Of a DNA stretch of 25,338 nucleotides, positions 7,937 through 16,400 are shown one piece after another. A model generated the notes under the pieces. The model made no database searches. It was not told the origin of the DNA and saw only the letters and a program-made list of their open reading frames with translations. Made by a program: the position numbers and the translations under genes. The stretch covers positions 1 to 25,338 of the forward strand of contig JAEORO010000107.1 of assembly GCA_016840855.1 (NCBI GenBank). The letters run 5' to 3'. Source of the DNA: Candidatus Thorarchaeota archaeon (GTDB lineage Archaea > Asgardarchaeota > Thorarchaeia > Thorarchaeales > Thorarchaeaceae). The stretch's first letter is position 1. The number at the start of each line of letters is the position of its first letter.

Positions 7937-8065
7937 CTACATAATAACCTCCCATTACGAAGCCCCGGGCGGCTATTGCCGCCCTCCTAGTCACCAATGG
8001 GGCTCCCTTTCTGTACGGGTTGTCAGCCAGTACCTAGGATACCACTTGGTATATTAGTATTTAAG
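7937..8065 (-). promoter_or_regulatory. Promoter and structured 5' leader of hsp20-cdc48
   Basis: TATA-like CTTAAATA (8065-8058), GC-rich hairpin GGGCGGC-AATA-GCCGCCC (7984-7967), outer stem AGCCCC/GGGGCT, SD GGGAGGT (7953-7947). Confidence 0.55.
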
Positions 8066-8089
8066 GGTTTGGAAGTAGTCAGTGTTTTA

Positions 8090-9487
8090 TCAATCCTTCT
8101 CGAAGGTGATTCCTTCCTTTCCAAGGATATCTCGAGCCACAAGTAGACCCGAAACTGACGCTTGCAGGAGCCCGCGCGTTATTCCAGCACCATCACCTGC
8201 AGCATAGAGATTCTTCACTTGAGTTTCAAGATGCGTGTTAAGTTTCAATCGGGATGAATAGAATTTCACTTCAACACCATAAAGAAGAGTTCCTGCACTA
8301 GCAACACCAGGACAAAGCTCATCAAGTGCATTTAACATTTCCAAAATGGAACTAAGGTGTCTATATGGCAACGCGAAGCTGAGGTCCCCTGGGCAAGCAC
8401 TTGGAAGAGTTGGCTTTACAGGACTTCTAGCAATTCGTTCTTTCGTGCTCCTCTTTCCACGTTGTAAATCAGCTAATCTTTGAACAATTACACCATCACC
8501 AAGCATGTTGGCTAGTCGAGCGATGGACTGTCCGTATGCAATGGGTTCTTTGAATGGAGCCGTAAACTTTGTAGAAACTAGAAGTGCAAAATTAGTATTT
8601 GCAGTCTTCTTGTTGGCGAAAGATTGTCCATTTACTGTGAGTATCTCATCATAATATTCACTTGTCACGACACCACCGGGATTGAAACAGAATAATCGAA
8701 CTTTATCATCAAAACGTCGAGAGTAATAGATTAGTTTTGGCTCGTAAAGTGAATCAGCAATCTCTTGCATTACAGGAGCAGGAATCTCGACACGAACTCC
8801 CATATCTACATAATTATTCTCAGTATGAAGATTGAGTCGCTCTGCTTGATGAGAGAGCCACTCATTCCCGACACGTCCAGGGGCAGCAACCACGTATCTT
8901 GCGTTGATTATGTCACCCCCATTGGTTTCCAAACCTTTTACCAATCCACCATTTACATGAATGTCTCTTGCTTCGGTCTTGAATTTGATATCAGCATGCT
9001 TGAGGATGTCATTATACATATGGCTCATTACTTTGATACAACCCTCTCGACCCATATGACGGACACGCTGAGGTATTAGCTGCATTCCAATTAGAGCAGC
9101 TTTTTTCCGGTAGGTTTCGATGTCTTCATCATTACTGCCATAGATTTTTGTGGGAGCTCCATAGGATAGGTATTTTGCATCAATATACTCAATCAACTCC
9201 ATTAAGCGCTGCTCACCAATTAGATCTGCAAGCCAACCTCCAACTTGAGTTGAATGCGTTAGCTTACCATCAGAAAAAGCTCCAGCTCCTCCCCATCCAG
9301 CGAGAATATTACAAGGATTGCATTTCCTGCATCCTACTGCGGCTGTCGAATTCGGACAAGTCCGATTCTCGATGCTCTTTCCTCGTTCAATCACAACGAG
9401 TTTCAAGTCTGGTTTGTGCTCAATTAGCTCAAGAGCACAGAAAATACCAGCAGGGCCGCTACCTACGATAGCTACATCATAATCCAA
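8090..9487 (-). CDS. FAD-dependent oxidoreductase/dehydrogenase (COG2509-like)
   Basis: DVAIVGSGPAG Rossmann motif, C...CRKCNPC Cys cluster, GWGGAGAFSDGKL, FCFNPGG, LYGVEVKFYS, GDGAGITRGLLQA. Confidence 0.9.
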   Translation of the reverse strand: MDYDVAIVGSGPAGIFCALELIEHKPDLKLVVIERGKSIENRTCPNSTAAVGCRKCNPCNILAGWGGAGAFSDGKLTHSTQVGGWLADLIGEQRLMELIEYIDAKYLSYGAPTKIYGSNDEDIETYRKKAALIGMQLIPQRVRHMGREGCIKVMSHMYNDILKHADIKFKTEARDIHVNGGLVKGLETNGGDIINARYVVAAPGRVGNEWLSHQAERLNLHTENNYVDMGVRVEIPAPVMQEIADSLYEPKLIYYSRRFDDKVRLFCFNPGGVVTSEYYDEILTVNGQSFANKKTANTNFALLVSTKFTAPFKEPIAYGQSIARLANMLGDGVIVQRLADLQRGKRSTKERIARSPVKPTLPSACPGDLSFALPYRHLSSILEMLNALDELCPGVASAGTLLYGVEVKFYSSRLKLNTHLETQVKNLYAAGDGAGITRGLLQASVSGLLVARDILGKEGITFEKD

Positions 9488-9641
9488 ATGGTACAGCTCC
9501 TTGTTTCCCGGCTCGTGGCGGGGTCAGTTATTGAATCACTTAAGCCTTGCGTCGAATAAACGAAGAATATATAGTTGGAAGCCATAGGAATATGGATATA
9601 TTGACTAAACATGAAGCCACACAGACTAGAGTGTGAAATAA

Positions 9642-10514
9642 ATGACAACATGTTCTCTCTGCGGTGTAGATGATTTGGGCTTTACATGTCCATATTGCAA
9701 TACTGTCTATTGTTCAGAACATAGATTACCGGAGAGTCATGGATGTCCTGCAATGCATAAAGTTCGTGAGGAGGCACAAAAGAAAGTCTCGGATTCTATA
9801 AGAATTCCCCGGCGAGATGATGCGTCTCAGTCCGCGAAGAGATTGAAAAGAAGACGAAGTAAACAAGGTCGATTCTCATCAACTGAGATTCGCGATCTTG
9901 CTATTGCGTCAGTATTAGTTATCCTTGTGGGAATCTCCATTTTTGGGAATTCTCTGGGTATCTTCAATGCGATTGCCATAGTTGGCAACCTTATTGGTAT
10001 TGGCTTGTGGTGGTTAGTTGTTGGTACCATCGCAATGTTTCTTGCATCTTTTATGGCACATGAGATGGCGCACAAATTTGTCGCACAGAATTATGGTATG
10101 TGGTCTGAGTTTAGAATGACTTCCATGGGTTATTATCTGTCAGCTATGGCAATTATCTTTTCTTTGCCTATTTTTGGAACTGGCGTTGTATACACTAGCG
10201 GAACAACAAATATTGAGCATAGTGGGAAATCCAATCTCGCTGGACCGATGACTAACTTTTTGATTGCGGCAGGACTAGCCATCATATCCATTATGTTTTT
10301 TGCGCTGGGATTTAGCCTGTTCCCGATTGGTGTCCTTCTGAGATATGGTGTTCAATTAAACGCATTTCTTGGACTTTTCAATATGATTCCAATTCAGCCA
10401 TTTGATGGAGCAACTGTAAGATACTGGAATAGTCGCGTCTGGCTTGGGGTTACAATAGGGCTGCTATTCATGTTAATATTCGGATATGTAGCATACCCAT
10501 TCCTAGGACTCTAG
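9642..10514 (+). CDS. AN1-type zinc finger fused to an M50 (site-2) intramembrane metalloprotease
   Basis: CSLC...FTCPYCNTVYCSEHRLPESHGC (AN1); HEMAH (HExxH), LAGP, FNMIPIQPFDG (NxxPxxxxDG); multiple TM helices. Confidence 0.9.
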   Translation: MTTCSLCGVDDLGFTCPYCNTVYCSEHRLPESHGCPAMHKVREEAQKKVSDSIRIPRRDDASQSAKRLKRRRSKQGRFSSTEIRDLAIASVLVILVGISIFGNSLGIFNAIAIVGNLIGIGLWWLVVGTIAMFLASFMAHEMAHKFVAQNYGMWSEFRMTSMGYYLSAMAIIFSLPIFGTGVVYTSGTTNIEHSGKSNLAGPMTNFLIAAGLAIISIMFFALGFSLFPIGVLLRYGVQLNAFLGLFNMIPIQPFDGATVRYWNSRVWLGVTIGLLFMLIFGYVAYPFLGL

Positions 10515-10583
10515 ATGTTGCTGGAATAATACCATGCTTCATAGCAGGACAATATAACTGGTTATTGTCCGGGGGCTGCTTAA

Positions 10584-12128
10584 TTGCTCACCACAAATAG
10601 ATACAGTCCAGATATTACAGAACTCTCAGTGTCCGCATGGTTCTATAGGAATCGCACAGTAGCAGGATTTGATAATCCTGCGCGTTCATTATATGTTTCA
10701 ATTCGTGAGCTAGTAGAAAATAGTCTTGACGCTTGTGAAGAGGAACGTGTTTTGCCAGAGGTCAGTGTTTTCCTAAAGCGTGAAGGAGAGCGAAGTGATG
10801 ACCTTGATGTCTTAAATGTTGGTCCGGAAATCTTTGAACTTGTTGTGAAAGACAATGGGAAAGGAATGCAAAAGGAAGACATTCCAGTGTTGATAGGAAA
10901 AATGCTTACAGGAACGAAGTTCACTCTTAAGCAGAGTAGGGGCACATTTGGGTTGGGAGGTAGTTTAGCGATTCTTTATGGGCAGGTCACGACACAGGAA
11001 CCAGTCGATGTGATAACAGGAAAAGTAGGAGATGAGTATGGACATAGGGTTACTATGCGGTTGGATATAGAAACAAACCAGCCAATAATTCTCAATGAAC
11101 AGAAGATTGAGAAATCACCTCATGAAAGCGGGACGATGGTGTCATATAAACTACAGGGAGATTGGATTCGCAGTAAGAGAAAGATCAGTGACTATTTCTC
11201 CCAGACTGCAATTATTGTTCCTTATGCATCGCTCTTGTTCGAAACTCCTGACGGAGAAGTACTCTGCTACGACAGAGTAATAGACAAGCTTCCCGTCGCG
11301 CCAAGAGAGATGAAACCTCATCCACGAGGAATTGATGTAGAACTTCTCAAGAAGATGATTGGCGTAGCAAGAGCGAAGACTATGAAGTCATTCATGAAAA
11401 ACTCTTTCCAAAGAGTAGGTGTATCAATTGCTGAAGACTTTCTTTCATCTGCAGAAATTGATCCAGATAGAAATCCAACGACCTTGGAGCAGAAAGACCT
11501 TGTCACTTTAATGAATGCGCTTGTGTGTTATGATAGGTTCTTACCACCCTCGCCCAAGTCTCTTTCTCCTGCAAGCATCGATGTGCTTGCTGCGGGAGTT
11601 CAGAGGTTATCACCGGAATTTATGGTTTTTAAGCAGAGGTCTCCAAATGTATCTGAAGGGCATCCATTCATAATAGAAACTGGAGTGGCATATGGAGGGA
11701 AACTTGATTCTGGAACCAACATTTTCCGGTTTGCAAATCGGATACCACTACTCTATGATGAACGCTCAGATGTAACATATAGAGTTGTGCGAGACCTCAA
11801 TTTGAAGAATTACGGATTAAATCATGAAGATCCACTAATCTTTGTAATGCATATCTGCTCAACAAAAATACCATACAAGACCGTAGGTAAGGAATACATA
11901 GGCGACGTTGATGTTGTTCGAAAGGAGATTGAACTTGGGTTTAAAGAATGTCTAAGAGAGATTGGAGAAAAGGTTAGAAAACGTGATCGAGTGCACAAAG
12001 AGAGAAAGAGAGAGAATCGACTTGTAGAATACTACACCTTCATTGCAGAAGTCCTTTCTTCATCTATGAGAAAGGAGGTTCACTGCACCCGAATTTTTGA
12101 CTCGAGGGGAGTTGATATGATTGAGTGA
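10584..12128 (+). CDS. top6B: DNA topoisomerase VI subunit B
   Basis: GHKL motifs IRELVENSLDA, VKDNGKG, QSRGTFGLGG; KPHPRG; RFANRIPLLY; transducer STKIPYKTVGKE. Confidence 0.96.
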   Translation: MLTTNRYSPDITELSVSAWFYRNRTVAGFDNPARSLYVSIRELVENSLDACEEERVLPEVSVFLKREGERSDDLDVLNVGPEIFELVVKDNGKGMQKEDIPVLIGKMLTGTKFTLKQSRGTFGLGGSLAILYGQVTTQEPVDVITGKVGDEYGHRVTMRLDIETNQPIILNEQKIEKSPHESGTMVSYKLQGDWIRSKRKISDYFSQTAIIVPYASLLFETPDGEVLCYDRVIDKLPVAPREMKPHPRGIDVELLKKMIGVARAKTMKSFMKNSFQRVGVSIAEDFLSSAEIDPDRNPTTLEQKDLVTLMNALVCYDRFLPPSPKSLSPASIDVLAAGVQRLSPEFMVFKQRSPNVSEGHPFIIETGVAYGGKLDSGTNIFRFANRIPLLYDERSDVTYRVVRDLNLKNYGLNHEDPLIFVMHICSTKIPYKTVGKEYIGDVDVVRKEIELGFKECLREIGEKVRKRDRVHKERKRENRLVEYYTFIAEVLSSSMRKEVHCTRIFDSRGVDMIE

Positions 12129-13266
12129 CACGGCACATAGGATTGCAAATGGTAATGTATTGAACATGATTGACGCTGTTCTAGAAGCAATTGGTGACAC
12201 ATTAAATGATGGAGAGTTTCCTGAAATTGGCTACTATGGATCATCGAAAACAAATGTGAATTATGACAAAGCGTTGGGATATGTACCTATAGACGACAAG
12301 GCATCATTCATAGATGGACGTAAGGTTGAAAGCGCAAAGACCATTGCAGGTTTGGTTTATGGACTGACTCAGTTCAAGGAGCACCTAGAGCAAGGACTTT
12401 CAATGAGCCTCAGAGATTTCTATTATTTACATAAAGTGAAGCATGTCCAAAAAGTAATGAGAATTAACAGCCAGACAGAAACAAACAGATTGATCAATCT
12501 GTGTGAAAGAATCATTAGACATAGAGGGGCATCGATTCCGCGTGAGGACTTTGGTGTTGTGAGTTCGCCAAAAGGAACTTTCTATGGGGATGTCACTTTG
12601 TCTGATTTGTCAGGAAAACGTTTGAGCTGCAATTCTACAGGAGAATATGGATGGTTCATTTCATCAAGACCATTTGATGTAGATATTCATGATATCAACA
12701 TTGATGCAGCTTTATTTGTCGAGAAGGAAGCAATGGCAAGGAATCTTATCGAACTCGGTATACCAGAACACCTCAGAATTGGAGTCGGATCACTTTTTGG
12801 ACAACCAGGTCGAAACATGAGAGCATGGATACGAAGACTTGCTGATAATGAAGTCCCCATTCTGGTTTTGGTAGACATGAGTCCATGGTCTTTGAGAATA
12901 TTTTCAACAATCAAGAGTAATTCAATCGAACTAGCGAATATAAAGGGACTCGCAACACCGCAGGCAAAATTTGTTGGTCTCTCTACGGAGGACTTCTGGA
13001 GCAAAAATGGCATGTTAACTGGTATTGAACACTCACTAGAGGTAATGGCTAAATCAGATATAACATGTGCCCAACAAAACAGAAGCATCCCATCAATAAG
13101 CCAAGACCCTATTCTTTGCAAACAGAACGATACCTTGTATAAGAAAAGGAAAAAAGGAGAACTTGAAGCATTCAAGGCATTTGGATTTCCTTTGATAGAA
13201 CTGAAGAAGATGTATATTCATTATCTTAAAATAAAATCCAGTGAGTATGACGTGAAACTGATATGA
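12121..13266 (+). CDS. top6A: DNA topoisomerase VI subunit A / Spo11-like, divergent
   Basis: SLRDFYY (catalytic Tyr region), FVEK Toprim Glu, GQP..R..IRRL, LVDMSPW (in place of DxDP), KKGELEA; overlaps the top6B stop by 8 nt. Confidence 0.88.
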   Translation: MSDTAHRIANGNVLNMIDAVLEAIGDTLNDGEFPEIGYYGSSKTNVNYDKALGYVPIDDKASFIDGRKVESAKTIAGLVYGLTQFKEHLEQGLSMSLRDFYYLHKVKHVQKVMRINSQTETNRLINLCERIIRHRGASIPREDFGVVSSPKGTFYGDVTLSDLSGKRLSCNSTGEYGWFISSRPFDVDIHDINIDAALFVEKEAMARNLIELGIPEHLRIGVGSLFGQPGRNMRAWIRRLADNEVPILVLVDMSPWSLRIFSTIKSNSIELANIKGLATPQAKFVGLSTEDFWSKNGMLTGIEHSLEVMAKSDITCAQQNRSIPSISQDPILCKQNDTLYKKRKKGELEAFKAFGFPLIELKKMYIHYLKIKSSEYDVKLI

Positions 13267-13343
13267 TTTCAAGAATATTAGTGTAAAATCTTTGATAAGT
13301 GATATAAAGTAAGTCGTGCTCACTGGAAACGAGGAGTGTACAA

Positions 13344-14024
13344 ATGACCGACAGGGAGAAGATGCTTGAATTACTGGATGAATTCAAGGACTCAATTGTC
13401 AAATTAATGGACGAACGAGAAAGCCTTGATGGTGAAGCAGAAGAACTTAGGGCTGCGAGAAGAGAAGCGGAAGAAAAAACTTGGTCTCTTGAAGAACAGG
13501 TAAAGGAACTCACGACCAAGATTGAAAAAGCTGAGAAGGATAGGGACAAAGCAAAGACTGATTTAACCACTGCTAAAGAAGAAATTCAAAATTTGGGTGC
13601 CAAGGCAGAAGAAGCTGAAGCATCAAAGAGCGAGGCAGAAGAAACGCTTCGAAAAGAGCGAGATGAACTCAAAAGAGAGATGGATGAGATAAACGAGCAA
13701 CTTTCAAGGGTTTCAGAACTCTATAGAGAGGCATCTGCTGAAAAAGAAGCGCTACAGGAGAAAGTGGACGTTAGTGACCTTCTTGCAATCTATATTACTC
13801 TCATCGAAACTGTGTTCTATGGCAAACCTCATGCCAGAATTCTATATACATTACATGATGTGAAAACTGCAATAACTAGGAAGAATATCACATCAAGTAC
13901 GGGTATACAACCAGCTGCTGTTCTCAAAGCTGTACACGATTTAGTGGCAGCTGATCTTGTATCATATGATGAGAATTCACAAGAAGTGGAACTTACGAAA
14001 GATATCTTTAGAAAAACGAAATAA
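13344..14024 (+). CDS. Long coiled-coil protein with a C-terminal winged-helix domain
   Basis: About 140 aa of E/K/A-rich heptads, then PHARILYTLHDVKTAITRKNITSSTGIQPAAVLKAVHDLVAADLVSYDE. SD GAGGAG upstream. Confidence 0.8.
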   Translation: MTDREKMLELLDEFKDSIVKLMDERESLDGEAEELRAARREAEEKTWSLEEQVKELTTKIEKAEKDRDKAKTDLTTAKEEIQNLGAKAEEAEASKSEAEETLRKERDELKREMDEINEQLSRVSELYREASAEKEALQEKVDVSDLLAIYITLIETVFYGKPHARILYTLHDVKTAITRKNITSSTGIQPAAVLKAVHDLVAADLVSYDENSQEVELTKDIFRKTK

Positions 14025-14048
14025 CCTGTATGATGAGAGAGATACCTA

Positions 14049-15053
14049 TTGTCCGGAAAATTAACCATTGGTACTGCACTAAAAAAACACGTGAGAAAAT
14101 ACACATTAAATGGAAAGTTGAACTCAATCACATCTTTGCTTGGTGCAGAAGCTCAGAATGTGATAGATTGGGCATATTCTGAAGCAAAACGTCGCGTTGC
14201 AGAGAACCCGGATGAGAAAGAATCAGATATAGGTAAGATAGTGTTTGACTTAATTAGTAATGAAGCTGCGATTATTCTTGTGAAGCAAAACCATGCAAAA
14301 GGAAAATTGACAACAAAAAGTGAAGTCAGAGCGAAAACTGGGCAGAAAGCAGAGATGCCCGTCTTATATCGGGAAGCAGGATTAAGGCATCCTCAAGAAG
14401 CAAGAAATCTCAGACATAACATATTCCATGAGGCATTCTTAGCACTCATCAAGCATCTATTTAATGGGATTACAACGAGTGTTCCATCAACAGGAGAGGG
14501 ACTAACACCAGATCTAATTGTTGAACATAAAGATCAAGGTTGGTTGATTTCAGTTGAGTATAAGGGCTATAGATCCCTCACACTCCTAAGCGAATCCGAG
14601 ATACTAAAAGGAATGCGCTATCAAGCCGTGTATGGAACTGCTTGGCTAGTGACAAGTACGACAAAAAGCGTTAAGGATCTTTACGGAAAGACAATCAATT
14701 CTAAAGAATTGATCGACAATGGTCTTTCAAGGCTAAAACAGATCTATAGACGTCGAGCATATACCAGTGAGCAAAGAGAAAATAGAGGAATAGCAAAGAA
14801 AGGCGTTACTCATCTCGAGAAACAGAGTGACCTAGATATGAAGTGCAGACTCTTTTCAGCTGAGGAACTCCTAGAATCAATGAAAATTGGAAAGCCAGTT
14901 AAAGGGCTTGTCATCACAACAGGTTTTGAGTTCATTGAACTTTTGAAAAACGCGGGTCTTGAGGGAGAAGCTGATAATGTCTTGAGAGTAATGAAACTTC
15001 CAACTGCTTCTCTTCACAGTGACAAAATAACTTCAGTACGATTGATTGAGTGA
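14049..15053 (+). CDS. PD-(D/E)xK restriction-endonuclease-like (Mrr-like) protein
   Basis: HNIFHE...GLTPDLIV......ISVEYKGY...EILKGMRY....AWLVTS contains PD...ExK followed by the characteristic helix and strand. Confidence 0.65.
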   Translation: MSGKLTIGTALKKHVRKYTLNGKLNSITSLLGAEAQNVIDWAYSEAKRRVAENPDEKESDIGKIVFDLISNEAAIILVKQNHAKGKLTTKSEVRAKTGQKAEMPVLYREAGLRHPQEARNLRHNIFHEAFLALIKHLFNGITTSVPSTGEGLTPDLIVEHKDQGWLISVEYKGYRSLTLLSESEILKGMRYQAVYGTAWLVTSTTKSVKDLYGKTINSKELIDNGLSRLKQIYRRRAYTSEQRENRGIAKKGVTHLEKQSDLDMKCRLFSAEELLESMKIGKPVKGLVITTGFEFIELLKNAGLEGEADNVLRVMKLPTASLHSDKITSVRLIE

Positions 15054-15170
15054 ATTTCAGGAAAAAAATGAATTATCTAATATTCTCCCAAGCTTTATCA
15101 ATAGTTTACGTCAATTCCAAATAGACCCTGTCAAGAATAGGGTTGTGCACCAGCAAAGGGAGAGTAAGAT

Positions 15171-15563
15171 TTGGCAGAGCAGGATGTCATGAAATTACAG
15201 GAAACCCTCAGTAATCTCCTTAAGGATCTTGGAAATAAATCTCCAATTCTAGGTGCCGCTGTATTTTCTATTGAGGGCTTGCCATTTGTCAGCAGGTTTC
15301 ATGGCGGAACTGAGGAAGCATCTATTGCAGCTATCGTTGCAGCAATACATGCTGCTGGAGATCAGACTGTAAAAGAACTGAGGCAAGGCGAACTAAGATC
15401 TATCATTATTGAAGGAGATCTAGGAACAACCCTAGTCATTTCAATTTCAGCTGATTACCTACTAACCATAACTGCGCCTGAGAATGCGAAACTCGGGATT
15501 ATTTTCAGTGATGCCAAGAAAACAGCTAGAGAAGCAAGGAAAATACTCCATCAGGCGATTTGA
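15171..15563 (+). CDS. Roadblock/LC7 (MglB/LAMTOR-like) domain protein
   Basis: ILGAAVFSIEGLPFVS...IAAIVAAI...EL.QGELRSIIIEGDLG...LLTI....NAKLGIIF. Confidence 0.92.
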   Translation: MAEQDVMKLQETLSNLLKDLGNKSPILGAAVFSIEGLPFVSRFHGGTEEASIAAIVAAIHAAGDQTVKELRQGELRSIIIEGDLGTTLVISISADYLLTITAPENAKLGIIFSDAKKTAREARKILHQAI

Positions 15564-15569
15564 AGAAAA

Positions 15570-16400
15570 ATGGCAACTTCAAGCGTATATCCATTTAATC
15601 ACCACCCTTGTTATTCACTCAATCGTGATTCACTTTGGCAAAGAATTCATCTTCCTGTTGCTCCAATCTGTAATGTCAAATGCGCATTCTGTTCACATGG
15701 AGCAGGTTCCTCGTGCCATACCTCAAAACCAGGATTTTCTTCACAGGTAATGACACCCAATATTGCAGTAGCAAGAACAAAAACTGAAATTAAAAAGAAT
15801 ACAAATCTCAATATTGTTGCAGTTTCTGGACCAGGTGAACCTCTAGCAAATCCAGAAACATTCGTAACATTAGAGAGAATCAGAAAAGAGTATCAAAACA
15901 TCTCTATGTGTTTGAGTACAAACGGTGTACTTCTTAGTGAGAACATCGACTGGCTGAAAGAAATCAATGTATCAACAGTTTCAGTTTCAATGAGTACATC
16001 GTGCATCATAACAGCATCCAAGATTTACGAATGGGCCAGATTTCAAAATGCTCTAGTCCGTGGTGATGTTATGGCTGCGAAAATAATAGAGGCTCAGATA
16101 AAGGGCATCAAAATGGCTTCGAATGAAGGAATTCATGTAAAGGTGAATTCAATACTTATTCCAGAAATTAATATGCAAGATATTGTGCCTTTAGCACGTG
16201 TTATTTCCAAGGCTGGTGCTACACTCCAGAATATAGTACCATTATATCCTGATGACAAGTTTTCATCATTAAGAGCACCATCTTTTCAAGAGATCCAAAA
16301 TATCAGAAAAAAAGCCTCATCTTTCATTAAACAATTCACGTTTTGCAAACAATGCAGAAGTGATGTGGTTGGAATTCCTGGATGTGATTCGGTTCTCTAA
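15570..16400 (+). CDS. NifB-like radical SAM protein (stand-alone core domain)
   Basis: HPCY, RIHLPVAPICNVKCAFC (CxxxCxxC), SGPGEPLAN, CLSTNG, KVNSILIPEIN, CKQCRSDVVG. Confidence 0.85.
   Translation: MATSSVYPFNHHPCYSLNRDSLWQRIHLPVAPICNVKCAFCSHGAGSSCHTSKPGFSSQVMTPNIAVARTKTEIKKNTNLNIVAVSGPGEPLANPETFVTLERIRKEYQNISMCLSTNGVLLSENIDWLKEINVSTVSVSMSTSCIITASKIYEWARFQNALVRGDVMAAKIIEAQIKGIKMASNEGIHVKVNSILIPEINMQDIVPLARVISKAGATLQNIVPLYPDDKFSSLRAPSFQEIQNIRKKASSFIKQFTFCKQCRSDVVGIPGCDSVL

Noticed and set aside
7960-8035. GC-rich element as a tRNA or tRNA fragment
   Set aside because: No cloverleaf or T-loop (GTTCRA) consensus could be built on either strand.
7704-8057. 117-aa plus-strand ORF across hsp20 and its leader
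   Set aside because: Antisense to hsp20; the GC-rich part is better explained as RNA structure.
8087-8092. TGA-TAA at the end of the FAD oxidoreductase read as a terminal selenocysteine, with the downstream hairpin as a SECIS
   Set aside because: There is no redox motif (the protein ends FEKD), tandem stops are common, and the hairpin lies downstream of the hsp20 TATA-like box and lacks a convincing SECIS core.
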